A DNA stretch of 64,000 nucleotides from an uncultured Actinomycetes bacterium (GCA_963725665.1 CAVRZA010000011.1:576001-640000); one strand, 5' to 3'; numbered from the stretch's first letter, positions 14,270 through 25,082 are shown. Notes: generated by a model not told the origin, from the letters alone. Translations and numbers: made by a program.

Positions 14270-15213
14270 GCCGGCTCGAGCGTGCGTTCGTAGAAGATCC
14301 AGCGCTGGTCGACGTGCATGCCGGCGCGCTCGTAGAGGCGGCCGGCGCCCGACTCGTTCTCGGAGTCGACGCCCAGGCCGACGGTCGGCCGACCGCGAGC
14401 GTAGAGGGCGGCGAAAGCGTGCGTGAGGAGGGCGAGGCCGAGGCCGCGGCCCCGCCAGGGGGCGCGCACGCCGAGGCCCTGGACCCAGCCGATGTCGCCG
14501 AAGTCGTAAGCCGCGACGACCCCGGCCACATCCCCGCCGTCCCAGGCGACCAGCCAAAGCGCGGGGTCGAAATCGGGGCGCTTCAGGAGACGCTGCTCCC
14601 AGTCCTCGTGTGCCTGCCGCCGCGCGCGGAACTCGTCGGCGAAGGCCTCATCGAGGGCGGTGTGCACGGCGCGCGCATCGGTCGACGGCTCGAAGACGCG
14701 CAGCTCGAGATGAGCGGGGAGGGGCGCGGGATCCACCGGGCCGGCGAGATCGATGCTCATGCGGAAGAAGGCGCGCGCCGGCGCGAATCCCGCGTCCGTG
14801 AGCAGCACGCGCTTCCACTCGTTGACGGCGGCGCAGAAGACGCCCAAGTGCATGCGCGCGTCGGGCGTCGCGCCGACGACATGCTCGGCGGCGCGCCGCC
14901 CGACGCGCCCGACAAGCTCACGCCCCAGGTCCCCGCGGCGGTGCGCGGGATGCACGAGTACGTCGGCCTCGATGTCGACGTTGGGCGTGCGCTCCTCGAC
15001 CCAGGCGTAGGCCACGATCTGCTCATCGCGATCGACGGCGAGCCAGGCGTCGCGCTGCAGATCGAAGCTGCGTTGTCCCCACTGCGTGGCCAGGTCCTCG
15101 ATCGTCGAGTCGGGCTCGCCGTGCTCGTCGACGTCGCAGGCCACCTGCAGCTCCAGGACGGCGTTGATGTCGTCGTCGGTCGGTGGGCGGATCTGGTAGC
15201 CCTGGCCGGTCAC
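14266..15213 (-). CDS. Tandem GNAT N-acetyltransferase
   Basis: VHPAHRRG and [13 protein letters not shown] acetyl-CoA motifs, [19 protein letters not shown]; GTGA overlaps at both ends. Confidence 0.88.
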
Positions 15214-16793
15214 GCTGTTTCGGTGGCGCCGGGGATCGCGGGACGCGTCTCGGGCGGCGCGCCGGCGAGCACGTCGCGGGCCGCCCGATGTCCGGCCTCG
15301 AGGGCGGTCGGCACGCCGCCGCGGAAGAGCGCCGAGAGCGCCTGGTGGCCGGCCATGTAGAGGCCGGCTACGGGGGTGAGCACCAGCTCGCGCGGCCGCC
15401 AGTCGCCCTCCGTTGCCGCCCACGACCAGCCGGCCACGGCGCCCTCGGCGCGGCCGCCCCGTTCTTCGAAGGTGAGCGGGGTGGCGACGTCGACGACTCG
15501 GACGGCGTCCGTCAGGCCGGGGACGAGACGCTCGACCTCGTCGGCGAGTGCCTCGCCGAGTCGCCGCTTGTAGGCGGCGTACTCGGGGACGCGCTTGCGC
15601 ACAGCCGGACGGTACCTAGCGAAGTGGGCGTGGTCGGCCTTTGTGCGGATGACCAAGACTGCGCCGTCGCGTGGGGCGAGATGTGCGTCGTCGCGGCTCC
15701 AGAGCGCGACCTCGAGCTCCTGGCGGGCGAGGAGGGCCGGGTCGACTGGACCGGGCGCGGCCCAGTCGACCCGGCCCTCCTCGCCGAGCTCTACCCGAGG
15801 GCTGCGGTAGATGATCCTGGCACCGTCGTCGAAAGCCGACAGGTCGCAGCGCGAGGCGTCGAGGCCCAACGCGACCTGCAGGTTCGAGGCCGTCTGGCGC
15901 GCCGCCGCCACGGCGGCGCGCCACTCGTCGGGGATCTCACGCGCGTCGAGCAGGCGCAGGACGGTCGTCTTGTAGTCGGCGTCCGAGACGACGGCCTTGG
16001 CGTCGACTACGGTGCCGTCGTCGAGCTCGACTCCCCGTGCGCGGCCGCGCGTGACGCGGATGGCGGCGACGCGACTGCGTAGCCGCACCTCGGCTCCCGC
16101 GCCGCGCGCGGCCGTCCCCAGCCGCTCGCAGAACGCTCCCATACCGCCGGCCGGGTACCAGATGCCGACCTTGCCCATGAGGCGCCACATTGCGGCCAAG
16201 AGCGGCAGGCCGAACGAGGGAGGTTCCGTTCCCATGGAACCGAGGATGCGTTGCAGCCGCCGGTCGCCGACTGTCCCCGCGAGATACTCGGCGACGAACA
16301 CGCGCTGCGCCTGTTCGAGGAGCGCTGCGCCGTGCGGCTGGTCGGGCGACCGGAGTGCCTGAGCAAGTTCGTCCAGGCGGGCAAAGAACGCCCCGATTCC
16401 GCGCGCGTCCGCGGGAAAGCACCGGGTGAGCTCGTCGACCGGCCTTGAGTGCGGCAGCGATAGCGGCGCCTCAACGCCGTAGGCTCGCACGCTGTATGCG
16501 ACGCGTCTGAAACGGAGTCCTTCGCCGAATCCCCCTTCCCCCCCAAGTCGCTCGATACGCCGGCGCACGTAACGTGGCGAGCTGAAACCGAGCGGTCCTG
16601 TCGGAAAAGTGAATCCCCCTCGCCGGTAGCAGGATGCCGTGCCGCCGACGTGCGGCTCGCCGTCGAGCACGAGCACCGACAGCCCGGCGAGGCCGAGTTC
16701 GGCGGCGGCGCACAAGCCGCCGACGCCGGCGCCCACGATGACCACATCCCGGCGCTCTGAAGCCTTGGGGCCTGCCGGTCGGGGAGCGCTCAC
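15210..16793 (-). CDS. Phytoene desaturase (CrtI)-family FAD oxidoreductase
   Basis: IVGAGVGGL Rossmann motif, YPAGGMG, VATPLTF, GLYMAG...GGVPTA. Confidence 0.85.
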   Translation of the reverse strand: MSAPRPAGPKASERRDVVIVGAGVGGLCAAAELGLAGLSVLVLDGEPHVGGTASCYRRGGFTFPTGPLGFSSPRYVRRRIERLGGEGGFGEGLRFRRVAYSVRAYGVEAPLSLPHSRPVDELTRCFPADARGIGAFFARLDELAQALRSPDQPHGAALLEQAQRVFVAEYLAGTVGDRRLQRILGSMGTEPPSFGLPLLAAMWRLMGKVGIWYPAGGMGAFCERLGTAARGAGAEVRLRSRVAAIRVTRGRARGVELDDGTVVDAKAVVSDADYKTTVLRLLDAREIPDEWRAAVAAARQTASNLQVALGLDASRCDLSAFDDGARIIYRSPRVELGEEGRVDWAAPGPVDPALLARQELEVALWSRDDAHLAPRDGAVLVIRTKADHAHFARYRPAVRKRVPEYAAYKRRLGEALADEVERLVPGLTDAVRVVDVATPLTFEERGGRAEGAVAGWSWAATEGDWRPRELVLTPVAGLYMAGHQALSALFRGGVPTALEAGHRAARDVLAGAPPETRPAIPGATETA

Positions 16794-17785
16794 GGCGACT
16801 CGCGGATCTCCGTCTCCATGAACAGCGTGGACTGCGCGACACGCATGCCCGCGCGCTGGTATAGGGCGAGCGCCCCGGTCTCGTTCTCGCTGTCGACGCC
16901 CAGAACGACCTTCGTCTGACCGCGCGCCTCGAACCGCGCGAAAGACTCCAGCAACAGCGCCAGGCCGAGCCCACGTCCGCGCCACGGCTTGCGCACAGCG
17001 AGATCGTCCACGTAGCCGCGGTCGGGATTGTCGAGCGCGACGCAGGTCCCCGCCACCTCGGCACCATCCCAGGCTACGAGCCAAAGCCTGGTGTCGAGGC
17101 CCGTGTAAGCGAACTGATGGCGCTCCCACTCGTCGAGCCTCATGGGAGCGAAGCGGAAGTGCTCGGCGAACGCCTCCTCAAGCGCCTGGTGCACGGCCGA
17201 TTCGTCGCGCCCGCGTCGGAACTCGCGCACCTCGATGCCGCCGGGCCAGACGGGTCGGGCAAACCCCTCGCGCAGGTCGATGCGCATTCGGTAGAAGCGT
17301 CGCGTCTCGGCCAAGCCGTGTCTCGCGAGAAGGTCGAGCTTCTCACCGTGCCCCTCCGCGGCGGGGATGCCCAGAAGGACGCGCGCGCCGCCGGCTGCGG
17401 CCCGATGCTCCCGCGACCTCGCCACGATGTGGGCCAGCAGGTGAGCGCTCAGGGCCTCCCGGTGGGGATCCTCGGGGTCGACGTTGAAGTCGCCGTAGAG
17501 CTCGACGTGCGGTCTCTCGTACCAGACCCAGGCATAGCCGGCCGCTCGATCCCCCGGGGACTCGATGAGCCAGGCGTCGCGCTCGAGGTAGAAGCGCGGC
17601 AATTGATAGTCGGCGAGAAGTTCATCCTCGGTGACGTCGGACTCGCCGATGAGCGCTATCTCCTCGGCGCGGATCATCTTCACGATGGCGGCGATGTCGC
17701 CGCGCTGCGGCCTCCGGCAGCGGTAGCCGTCGGGGAGCGGCGCGGCGGAGAGCTGGGGGTGTGTGGGCTCTGAGGGGGCGTCCAT
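16790..17785 (-). CDS. Tandem GNAT N-acetyltransferase (paralog of 14266-15213)
   Basis: [36 protein letters not shown]. Confidence 0.88.
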   Translation of the reverse strand: MDAPSEPTHPQLSAAPLPDGYRCRRPQRGDIAAIVKMIRAEEIALIGESDVTEDELLADYQLPRFYLERDAWLIESPGDRAAGYAWVWYERPHVELYGDFNVDPEDPHREALSAHLLAHIVARSREHRAAAGGARVLLGIPAAEGHGEKLDLLARHGLAETRRFYRMRIDLREGFARPVWPGGIEVREFRRGRDESAVHQALEEAFAEHFRFAPMRLDEWERHQFAYTGLDTRLWLVAWDGAEVAGTCVALDNPDRGYVDDLAVRKPWRGRGLGLALLLESFARFEARGQTKVVLGVDSENETGALALYQRAGMRVAQSTLFMETEIRESP

Positions 17786-17788
17786 CGG

Positions 17789-18862
17789 TCAGGCCGTGTG
17801 CTTGAAGTTGATGACGTCGCCGTCCTGCACGACGTAGTCCTTGCCCTCGACGCGCAGCACTCCCCGATCGCGGGCGGCGTGGAACGAGCCGGCCTCGAGC
17901 AAAGCTTCGAGGGGCACCACCTCGGCGCGCACGAAGCGGTTCATGATGTCGGTGTGGATGCGTCCCGCCGCCTGGCGCGCGTTCCAGCCCCGTGGGAGCT
18001 GCCAGGCGCGCGACTCTGACGACTTGTGGTCGCCGGTGAAGAAGGTGATGTAGCCGAGCACGCGGTAGGCGGCGGCGATGACGTGGTCGAGCCCCGGCGC
18101 GACGTCGCCCAGGTCGGCGCGGAACTCCGCCGCCTCGTCGGGTTCGAGCTCGGCCAGCTCGGCCTCGAGCTTGGCCGAGACGGCGACGACCTCGTCGCCC
18201 CGCGCGTGCGCCCAGGCGACGAGGTCGTCGCCAGGCACGCCGCCCCCGTCGCCGGTGTTGAGCACGAAGAGCACCGGCCGCTCGGTGAGCAGCGCCAGCT
18301 CACGGATGAGGGACTCTTCGTCGGGAGTGATCTCGACCGAGCGCGCCCGGTGTCCGTCTCGCAGCGCTGCGGCCAGCTTCTCGAGCGTGGTGAGTTCCTT
18401 CTGCGCCGCCTTGTCGCCGGCCTTCGCCGCTTTGCCGGTCTTCTGCATGCGCCGCTCCACGAGCTCGAGGTCGGAGAGGATGAGCTCGGTCTCGACGTCG
18501 TCGGCGTCGGCGATGGGGTCGAGCGCCGGGCGCACGTGCGGCACGTCGGGATCCTCGAAGGCGCGCAGCACGTGGGCCACCGCGTCGACGCCGCGGATGT
18601 CGGCGAGAAAGCGCAGGCCGAGGCCCTCGCCGGGCGAGCCGCCGCCCATCCCGGGGATGTCGACGACCTCGATCGTGGCGTTGACCTTCTTCGGCGTCTC
18701 CAGACGCTCGTGCAGCCGGTCGAGGCGCTCGTCGGGCACCGACACGACGCCGCGGTTCGCCTGCGCGGCGGTGTACGAGGAGGTCGCCGCGTGGCCGAGC
18801 GTGAGTGCGTTGAACAGCGTGGTCTTGCCGCTGTTGGGCAGGCCGACGATGCCGAGCTTCAT
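17789..18862 (-). CDS. ychF: Redox-regulated ATPase YchF
   Basis: GIVGLPNSGKTTLFNALT, VDIPG, GEGLG, IHTD, EGKDYVVQDGD. Confidence 0.93.
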   Translation of the reverse strand: MKLGIVGLPNSGKTTLFNALTLGHAATSSYTAAQANRGVVSVPDERLDRLHERLETPKKVNATIEVVDIPGMGGGSPGEGLGLRFLADIRGVDAVAHVLRAFEDPDVPHVRPALDPIADADDVETELILSDLELVERRMQKTGKAAKAGDKAAQKELTTLEKLAAALRDGHRARSVEITPDEESLIRELALLTERPVLFVLNTGDGGGVPGDDLVAWAHARGDEVVAVSAKLEAELAELEPDEAAEFRADLGDVAPGLDHVIAAAYRVLGYITFFTGDHKSSESRAWQLPRGWNARQAAGRIHTDIMNRFVRAEVVPLEALLEAGSFHAARDRGVLRVEGKDYVVQDGDVINFKHTA

Positions 18863-19024
18863 GGCGTCCCCAGGGTCGAGGAGAAGGCGGGCGAGGGCGA
18901 CGGCGAGCCCGCCGGGCTCGCCGTCGCCCCGCGCACGGCGCGCCACTCGTTCGTGCCACTCACGAGTTGCTCCAGAGCCTCGGTGTAACTGGCGTTCATC
19001 ATTCTACGGGCCGCCCACGGCGGG

Positions 19025-19600
19025 CTACGTCAGCGCCCGGAAGAGGAGCACGAAGACGACCCCGAGGACGCTCCCCAAGGCGACGCCGGCGAGCACGTCG
19101 AGCAGGTAGTGCACGCCGAGATAGACGCGGCTGAAGCACAGCAGCGCGGTCAGCAGGGCGAGGGCCGGGAGCCACACGGGGTAGAGGCTGCTCATGGTGA
19201 GCAGGCCCGCCATCCCCATGCTCGCATGCGAGGAGGGGAACGAGTGGCTGCGCGGCAGGGGGATGTGGCCGCCGAGCGTCGGGTCGACGAGCGCCGGCCT
19301 CCGGCGACCGACGATCAGCTTGAGGCCGTAGGTGATCCACTCGGTGACCAGCACCGACCCGGTGACGAAGACGAAGGTGCGGGCTCCATGACTCGCGCCG
19401 GAGATCCAGGGTACGGCCGCGATGACGAACCAGAGCAGACCGTAGTTGGCGCTCAGCGAGAGCGCGCCGTAGGGCGCTGTCAGCCAGCGGGGGTGGGGCA
19501 GGCGCGCGACCGCCTGGGTGGCGGCGCGGTCGCGCCGCAGCAGGCGGTCGCGCCGGGTCTCGGCCGGCGAGGCAGCTTCAGGTTGGGCGGGAGAAGGCAT
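19025..19600 (-). CDS. PAP2-family phosphatase
   Basis: K-x6-RP, SFPSSH, SRVYLGVHYLLD; TATACT -10 seven nt before the ATG. Confidence 0.9.
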   Translation of the reverse strand: MPSPAQPEAASPAETRRDRLLRRDRAATQAVARLPHPRWLTAPYGALSLSANYGLLWFVIAAVPWISGASHGARTFVFVTGSVLVTEWITYGLKLIVGRRRPALVDPTLGGHIPLPRSHSFPSSHASMGMAGLLTMSSLYPVWLPALALLTALLCFSRVYLGVHYLLDVLAGVALGSVLGVVFVLLFRALT

Positions 19601-19757
19601 CCCGGCGAGTATACGGAAAACGCGCTCTCGGGCGGTGACTCGTGTTCGGCGGACTACCGCGCCGGCTGTGAGAACAGCAGGTGTGGGGACGGCTACCGCG
19701 GGGGTGGGGAACGGCTATACTATCCGGCAGTCCGCGCCACCTATCGACAGGTCCTTT

Positions 19758-20033
19758 ATGCGCACCACCGTCATCGTCACCGCTCTCGGTCCCGATCGCC
19801 ACGGCCTGCTGGCGGCGATCGCGAGCACGATCGCCGCCCAGAACGCCAACGTCGACGACGTCAGCCAGACCGTCTCCAACGGCATGTTCACGATGATCAT
19901 GTTCGTGTCATTCGACGAGACCGAGACGACGATGGCCGAGCTGCAGGAGGCGCTCGCTAAGAGCGGCGAGGAGATCGGCCTGCAGATCCACGTGCAGCAC
20001 GAGAACATCTTCAAGTACATGCACCGCATCTAG
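19758..20033 (+). CDS. ACT domain protein (UPF0237)
   Basis: GPDRHG, DVSQT, C-terminal QHENIFKYMHRI. Confidence 0.9.
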   Translation: MRTTVIVTALGPDRHGLLAAIASTIAAQNANVDDVSQTVSNGMFTMIMFVSFDETETTMAELQEALAKSGEEIGLQIHVQHENIFKYMHRI

Positions 20034-20067
20034 GGCTCGCCGCCGCCCGCGACCTCCCGAGCAGCCC

Positions 20068-21432
20068 GTGGTCTTCATCACAGCAGAAGAGATCCTCGAG
20101 ACCGTACGCATGATCCAGGCGGAGAACCTGGACGTGCGTGCGGTCACCATGGGCATCTCGCTGCACGACTGCGCCTCACGCAACGTCGACGACGCCTGCC
20201 GCCGCGTCTACAAGAAGATCGTGGCGCGCGGGCGGAGGCTGGTGCCGGTGGCGCGCGAGATCCAGGACAAGTACGGCGTGCCGATCGTCAACCAGCGCAT
20301 CTCGGTGACGCCGATCGCCCAGGTGGTCGCCGGCGACGACGTCGAGGGCTACGTCAAGGTCGCCCACGCGCTTGACGCCGCGGCGCAAGAGATCGGCGTC
20401 GACTTCATCGGCGGCTTCTCCGCCTTGGTGCAGAAAGGCTTCACCAAGGGCGACGCGGCGCTCATCGAAGCCGTGCCGGAGGCCATTGCCGGAACCGAGC
20501 GTGTGTGCTCGTCGGTGAACGTCGCCTCGACGCGCGCCGGCATCAACATGGACGCCGTGCTGAAGATGAGCGAGGTGCTCCTGGCGGTGGCCAGGGCTAC
20601 CGCCAAGCGTGATTCGATCGGCTGCGCCAAGATAGTCACCTTCTGCAACGTGCCCGAGGACAACCCCTTCATGGCCGGAGCCGTCCACGGCGCCGGGGAG
20701 CCCGAGGTCAGCGTCAACGTGGCGATCTCGGGGCCTGGGGTGATCCGCAACGTCGTTGCCAACAATCCCGACATCTCCTTCACCGATCTCGCCGACCTCA
20801 TCAAGCGCACGACGTTCAAGATCACGCGCATCGGGGAGCTCGTGGCGCGCGAGGCGTCCGAGATGCTCGGGGCGCAGATGGGCATCATCGACCTTTCGTT
20901 GGCTCCCTCTCCCAAGGTCGGCGACTCGGTGGCGGAGATCCTTGAGAGCATGGGATTGGAACGTGTGGGCGCCCCCGGCTCGACCGCCGCGCTGGCGCTC
21001 CTCAACGATGCCGTCAAGAAGGGCGGCACGATGGCGACCTCGTCGACCGGAGGTCTCTCGGGAGCGTTCATCCCCGTGAGCGAAGACGCGGGCATGGCGC
21101 GGGCGGCCGAGGAGGGTGTGCTGACCGTCGAGAAGCTCGAGGCGATGACCGCCGTCTGCTCCCTAGGGCTCGACATGATCGTCGTGCCGGGGGACATCTC
21201 GCGTGACTCGCTTGCTGGACTCATCGCCGATGTGATGGCGATCGGCATGATCAACAGCAAGACCACCGGCGCCCGCCTGATCCCCGCTTTCGGCAAGAAG
21301 GTCGGCGACCAGGTCACATTGGGTGGGCTCTTCGGCGCCGCGCCGGTGATGCCGGTCAGCAGCGCCGGCAACGGGGCGTTCATGGCCCGGCGAGGACGGA
21401 TACCGGCCCCGCTGCAGAGCCTCACGAACTAG
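20068..21432 (+). CDS. PFL-like / UPF0210 (DUF711) protein
   Basis: ENLDVRAVTMGISL, EDNPFMAGA, GGLSGAFIPVSED, GRIPAP; usual partner of UPF0237. Confidence 0.92.
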   Translation: MVFITAEEILETVRMIQAENLDVRAVTMGISLHDCASRNVDDACRRVYKKIVARGRRLVPVAREIQDKYGVPIVNQRISVTPIAQVVAGDDVEGYVKVAHALDAAAQEIGVDFIGGFSALVQKGFTKGDAALIEAVPEAIAGTERVCSSVNVASTRAGINMDAVLKMSEVLLAVARATAKRDSIGCAKIVTFCNVPEDNPFMAGAVHGAGEPEVSVNVAISGPGVIRNVVANNPDISFTDLADLIKRTTFKITRIGELVAREASEMLGAQMGIIDLSLAPSPKVGDSVAEILESMGLERVGAPGSTAALALLNDAVKKGGTMATSSTGGLSGAFIPVSEDAGMARAAEEGVLTVEKLEAMTAVCSLGLDMIVVPGDISRDSLAGLIADVMAIGMINSKTTGARLIPAFGKKVGDQVTLGGLFGAAPVMPVSSAGNGAFMARRGRIPAPLQSLTN

Positions 21433-21625
21433 CGGGGCCGCTCACTCCCACTACGTCGAGTAGTTCCGCGCCGCTGCAAGGTTCTACGAACTGGCGGCGC
21501 GGGTCGCTCCAGCTACGTCGATGAAGCCCGGCACCTCAACAGAGACTGCCGAGCTCGCGCCGCCGCCCTTGCCGTTGTCGCGCGCCCAACGCGCGTCGAA
21601 AGTGCGGGATGTGGTGACGGAAATG

Positions 21626-21656
21626 GGAAGGCGGCCGCTATCGGCGGCCGCCTTCC
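21626..21656. terminator. Hairpin between convergent genes
   Basis: GGAAGGCGGCCGC-TATCG-GCGGCCGCCTTCC. Confidence 0.6.
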
Positions 21657-21710
21657 TGTCCCGAGCGTAGGGGGGGTACGCGCCTCGGGGGTCTTGGTGT
21701 TGCTCAAAAC

Positions 21711-22593
21711 CTAGTCTTTGAGTTCCTTGATCATGGCGCGGATGAGTCGCGCCTTCGAGGTCAGCCCCAGCGCGTTGCAGGCCTTCTCGGCCTCGGTGAG
21801 CTGGAGCACGGCGTCGACGGTCTGCCCCTGCACCTTGTACTGCTGAGCCAGCTCGATCTCGTCCTCGATCAAGTCCTTGATGAGGCGCCGGACCTCGGGA
21901 TCGTCGAGATCTATCTGCTGTTGGTTGGTCGTCACGATGATGTCCGAGAGAGCTACGCTGGCGGCCGCGCTTGCCGCCTCCTCGGCCGGGGTCGGCGGCT
22001 CCTCAGCCACGATTGACTCCGCCTTCGCTGGGCTCGGTTCCTCCTCCGCTGGGCTCGGCTGCTCGAGCGCTGGGCTCGGTTCCTCGACCGCGCTCGCCGC
22101 CTCCTCCATGCCCGGCGCCTCCTCCTCCAGGCTCGGGGCCTCCGCAGTCGGCTCCGGCTCCCTCGGCTGGGCCTCTCCGAGCCCGGCCACACCTGCCCCT
22201 GCGGCGGTCCCGACGGCTTCCGCCGTGGGTGAGACGGCGGCTTCGAGCTCGGTGACCTCGGGAACGCCGCCTTCGGCCGGCGTCTCGTCGGCCACGGCGG
22301 CCGCTCCCCGCCGCCGCGGCCCCGGCCATGGCGACGTCGGCCGCGGCCGGAGCTGCCGCACCCGATACCGTTGGCGGCGTCTCGACGGCCTTGCCGAGCT
22401 CGGCCAGCTCGTCGCGTGGTGCCTCGTCGAAGATGGATCCCGGCGCCGTGGCAGGCGAGGTCATGCTGCCTGCGGACGTCGGCGTCTCGGCGGCCTTGGC
22501 GCCGCCTCGGCCGCGCGTCACGACGAGCGTGACGATCAGCACGATCAGCACGATGATCGCGACCGCAAGACCGATCAACTGGATGGTGCTCAT
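21711..22593 (-). CDS. Membrane-anchored protein with acidic linker and C-terminal helical domain (frameshift near 22330-22360)
   Basis: N-terminal TM in the 22003-22722 frame; A/E/P-rich linker and C-terminal domain in the 21711-22361 frame. Confidence 0.7.
22028..22092. repeat. 21-bp tandem coding repeat (EEPSPA-like)
   Basis: GCTGGGCTCGG recurs at a 21-bp period, three copies. Confidence 0.75.
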
Positions 22594-22693
22594 GGATTCC
22601 CACCGCCTTACGCTTGGCGCCTGCGCGCAGTGTCTTCTGCCTGGGCGCGTGAAACCCTCTTCGGCAGTCCCGTCTGCCGCTACAATCGTACTC

Positions 22694-23704
22694 GTGATCG
22701 ATCCCCAGCAGCTACGCGACACGCTTGCCGCACTCGGCGAGCCGGCCTATCGCACACGGCAGGTCTACCACGCGCTTACGAGGGGTCTTGCGACCTCCTT
22801 CGCCGAGATGTCGACGCTGCCCCTGCGTCTGCGAGGGGAGCTCGAGGAGCGTCTGACGCCGGTGACGCTCGCGGAGGTGGAGGCGCGCGTCGCCGCGAGC
22901 GGCGACGCGCGCAAGGTCCTCTTTCGCACCCGCGACGGCCTGCCGGCTGAGGCCGTCCTCATGGTCTACCGGCGGCGGGCCAGCGTGTGCGTCTCGACCC
23001 AGGTCGGCTGCGCGGTGCGCTGCGCCTTCTGCGCATCGGGCTCCCGAGGTCTGCGCCGCAATCTAACGGCGGTGGAGATGGTCGACCAGGTGCTGCATTT
23101 CGCGCGGTTGTTGCGCGACAGCCAGCGGCAGGTCACGAACGTCGTCTTCATGGGCATGGGGGAGCCCTTTCTGGCCTACGACGAGACGCTCGGTGCCTGC
23201 CGTCTGCTGAACGACCCTGATGGGTTCGCCCTCGGCGCGCGCGCCATCTCGGTGTCGACGGCCGGGGTCGTGCCGGGGATCCTGCGCTTCGCACGCGAGC
23301 CGTTGCAGCTCAACCTGGCCGTGAGTCTTCACGCCGGCACGGACGAGCTGCGTGACAGGCTCGTGCCGCTCAACAGGACTTACCCGCTCACGGAGGTGTT
23401 CAAGGCTTGCGATCGCTACGTCGAGGCGACGAGACGCAAGCTCTTCTTCGAGTACGTCGTCTTGGCCGGATTGAACGACACGGAGGAGCAGGTGCGCGCC
23501 GTGGCGGGGCGCCTTCGGCGGCCGCTCTACCACCTCAACTTGATCGCCTACAACGACACGGGCGGCGAGTTCGCGCGACCGTCGTCGCGCCAACTCGCCG
23601 CCCTGCGTCAGGCGTTCGAACGGGCCGGCGTCGCGGTGACCGTCAGACGCTCACCCGGCGGCGACATCGACGCCGCGTGCGGCCAGCTCGCCCTCAGGCT
23701 ATGA
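22694..23704 (+). CDS. rlmN: 23S rRNA m2A2503 radical SAM methyltransferase
   Basis: CVSTQVGCAVRCAFC, FMGMGEP, DIDAACGQL; TACAAT seven nt before the GTG. Confidence 0.93.
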   Translation: MIDPQQLRDTLAALGEPAYRTRQVYHALTRGLATSFAEMSTLPLRLRGELEERLTPVTLAEVEARVAASGDARKVLFRTRDGLPAEAVLMVYRRRASVCVSTQVGCAVRCAFCASGSRGLRRNLTAVEMVDQVLHFARLLRDSQRQVTNVVFMGMGEPFLAYDETLGACRLLNDPDGFALGARAISVSTAGVVPGILRFAREPLQLNLAVSLHAGTDELRDRLVPLNRTYPLTEVFKACDRYVEATRRKLFFEYVVLAGLNDTEEQVRAVAGRLRRPLYHLNLIAYNDTGGEFARPSSRQLAALRQAFERAGVAVTVRRSPGGDIDAACGQLALRL

Positions 23705-24090
23705 GGTGGCCTGCACGAACTCGGCCTCGATGCTGAGCTTCACGTCGTCGCCGACGAGCAACCCTCCCGCTTCGGTGACCACGTTCCAGGTCAGGGCGTA
23801 GTCCTTGCGGTTCAGCTTGCCCGTGGCGCTCAGGCCCAGGCGCGTGCCGCCCCAGGGATCCACTACGGGCCCGGTGACGTCCTCCTGGAGCGTGACCTCG
23901 CGGGTTATGTCTTTGATCGTCAGGTCGCCGGTGATCGCGTAGTCGGCGCCCGATCCCTCGACCCGGGTGATGGTGTACTTCATGTCGGGATAGGTCTCGG
24001 CGTCGAAGAAGTCAGGCGAGCGCAGGTGGGCGTCGCGTTGGTCTTCGCGGGTGTTGACGCTGGCCGTCTTGACGGCGACGGTGCCCCTCG
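23699..24090 (-). pseudogene. 5'-truncated YceI-family gene
   Basis: ASVNT...RDAHLRSPDFFDAETYP, GDLTIKDITREV, DPWGGTR, VGDDVKL present; N-terminal third missing; no start codon between the GalT stop and the homologous region. Confidence 0.75.
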
Positions 24091-24104
24091 TCCCGGTGCG
24101 GCCA

Positions 24105-25058
24105 CTACAGGGCCGCGCGCAGGAGCGCTGCCGCCTCAAGGGGGTCGACGATGTTCACGGTGATGTCGGTGCCCAGCTCGAAGCCGGCGAGGACGGCCGT
24201 CTTGGGGGCGATCTCGATGTGCCAGTGGTAGGGGCCGTGGCCGACGAAGGGCGCCGTGTGCAGCCAGTAGTTCAGGGCACTGTTGCCGGTCACGGCGTTC
24301 AGGGCGCGCAGGGCTCGCTGCAGCGCCCGGGCGACGACGGGCGCTGTTGCGAGCGCGAACGACTCCTCGTGCTCGCGTGGCGCCAGCCAGAGCTCGTAGC
24401 CGAAGCGCGAGGCGTCCGGCGTCCAGGCGACGAGCTCGTCTGCGAAGACCAGCCGCTCGCCAGCCGCTCGCCAGAGCGAGCACAGGAGGCAGCCGCCCCG
24501 CTCTCTTTCGTAGGTGGCGAAGCGCTCCAGCTCGGTCTGGAGCAGCGGCGGGACGATCGGCATGCCGAAGAGCTGCGAGTGGGGGTGGGCGAGCGAGGCG
24601 CCCGCCTCGCGGCCGCGATTGAGGATGATCGTCGCGGCCGCGTCCCCGGCCGCCTCGCTCGCCGCCAGCCGACGCTGGTACATGTGTACCACGTCGGTGA
24701 CCTGCTCGGGCGAAAGCCGTTCCAGGTCGTCGTGGTGCTGGGGGGAGTGCGCGATCACCTCGTTGCGCCCCTGCGGCGGCGCCAGGGCGGGGTACTTGTT
24801 GGGTACGACGCGCACCCGCCAACCGGGCTGGTCGGGGGCGCTCGGGTCGTCGCGGAACGCGTCGAGCTCCGGCGGCGTCAGCGCCTCGTTGCCCTCGCAG
24901 AAGGGGCAGACGGCTGAGGAACCTCCGAGGTCCGAGGGACGCACGCCACGCGCAGCTGTGATGGCCGTCCACTTGCCCGAGAGGGTGTTGCGACGCAGGA
25001 TCGGCCCCGGCACGGAGGGGGAGAGACGCGACTGAGCGCGTGGTGGCTCGTCGGTCAC
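24105..25058 (-). CDS. GalT-like HIT-family nucleotidyltransferase
   Basis: CPFCEGNE, VPNKYPAL, GASLAHPHSQ, YHWHIEI, AGFELGT. Confidence 0.9.
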   Translation of the reverse strand: MTDEPPRAQSRLSPSVPGPILRRNTLSGKWTAITAARGVRPSDLGGSSAVCPFCEGNEALTPPELDAFRDDPSAPDQPGWRVRVVPNKYPALAPPQGRNEVIAHSPQHHDDLERLSPEQVTDVVHMYQRRLAASEAAGDAAATIILNRGREAGASLAHPHSQLFGMPIVPPLLQTELERFATYERERGGCLLCSLWRAAGERLVFADELVAWTPDASRFGYELWLAPREHEESFALATAPVVARALQRALRALNAVTGNSALNYWLHTAPFVGHGPYHWHIEIAPKTAVLAGFELGTDITVNIVDPLEAAALLRAAL

Positions 25059-25082
25059 CAGCGCGTGTCCTTGCGGCGGGGA

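Noticed and set aside
15210-16793. Carotenoid biosynthesis cluster
   Set aside because: No crtB, crtE or cyclase nearby; only the CrtI-like fold is supported
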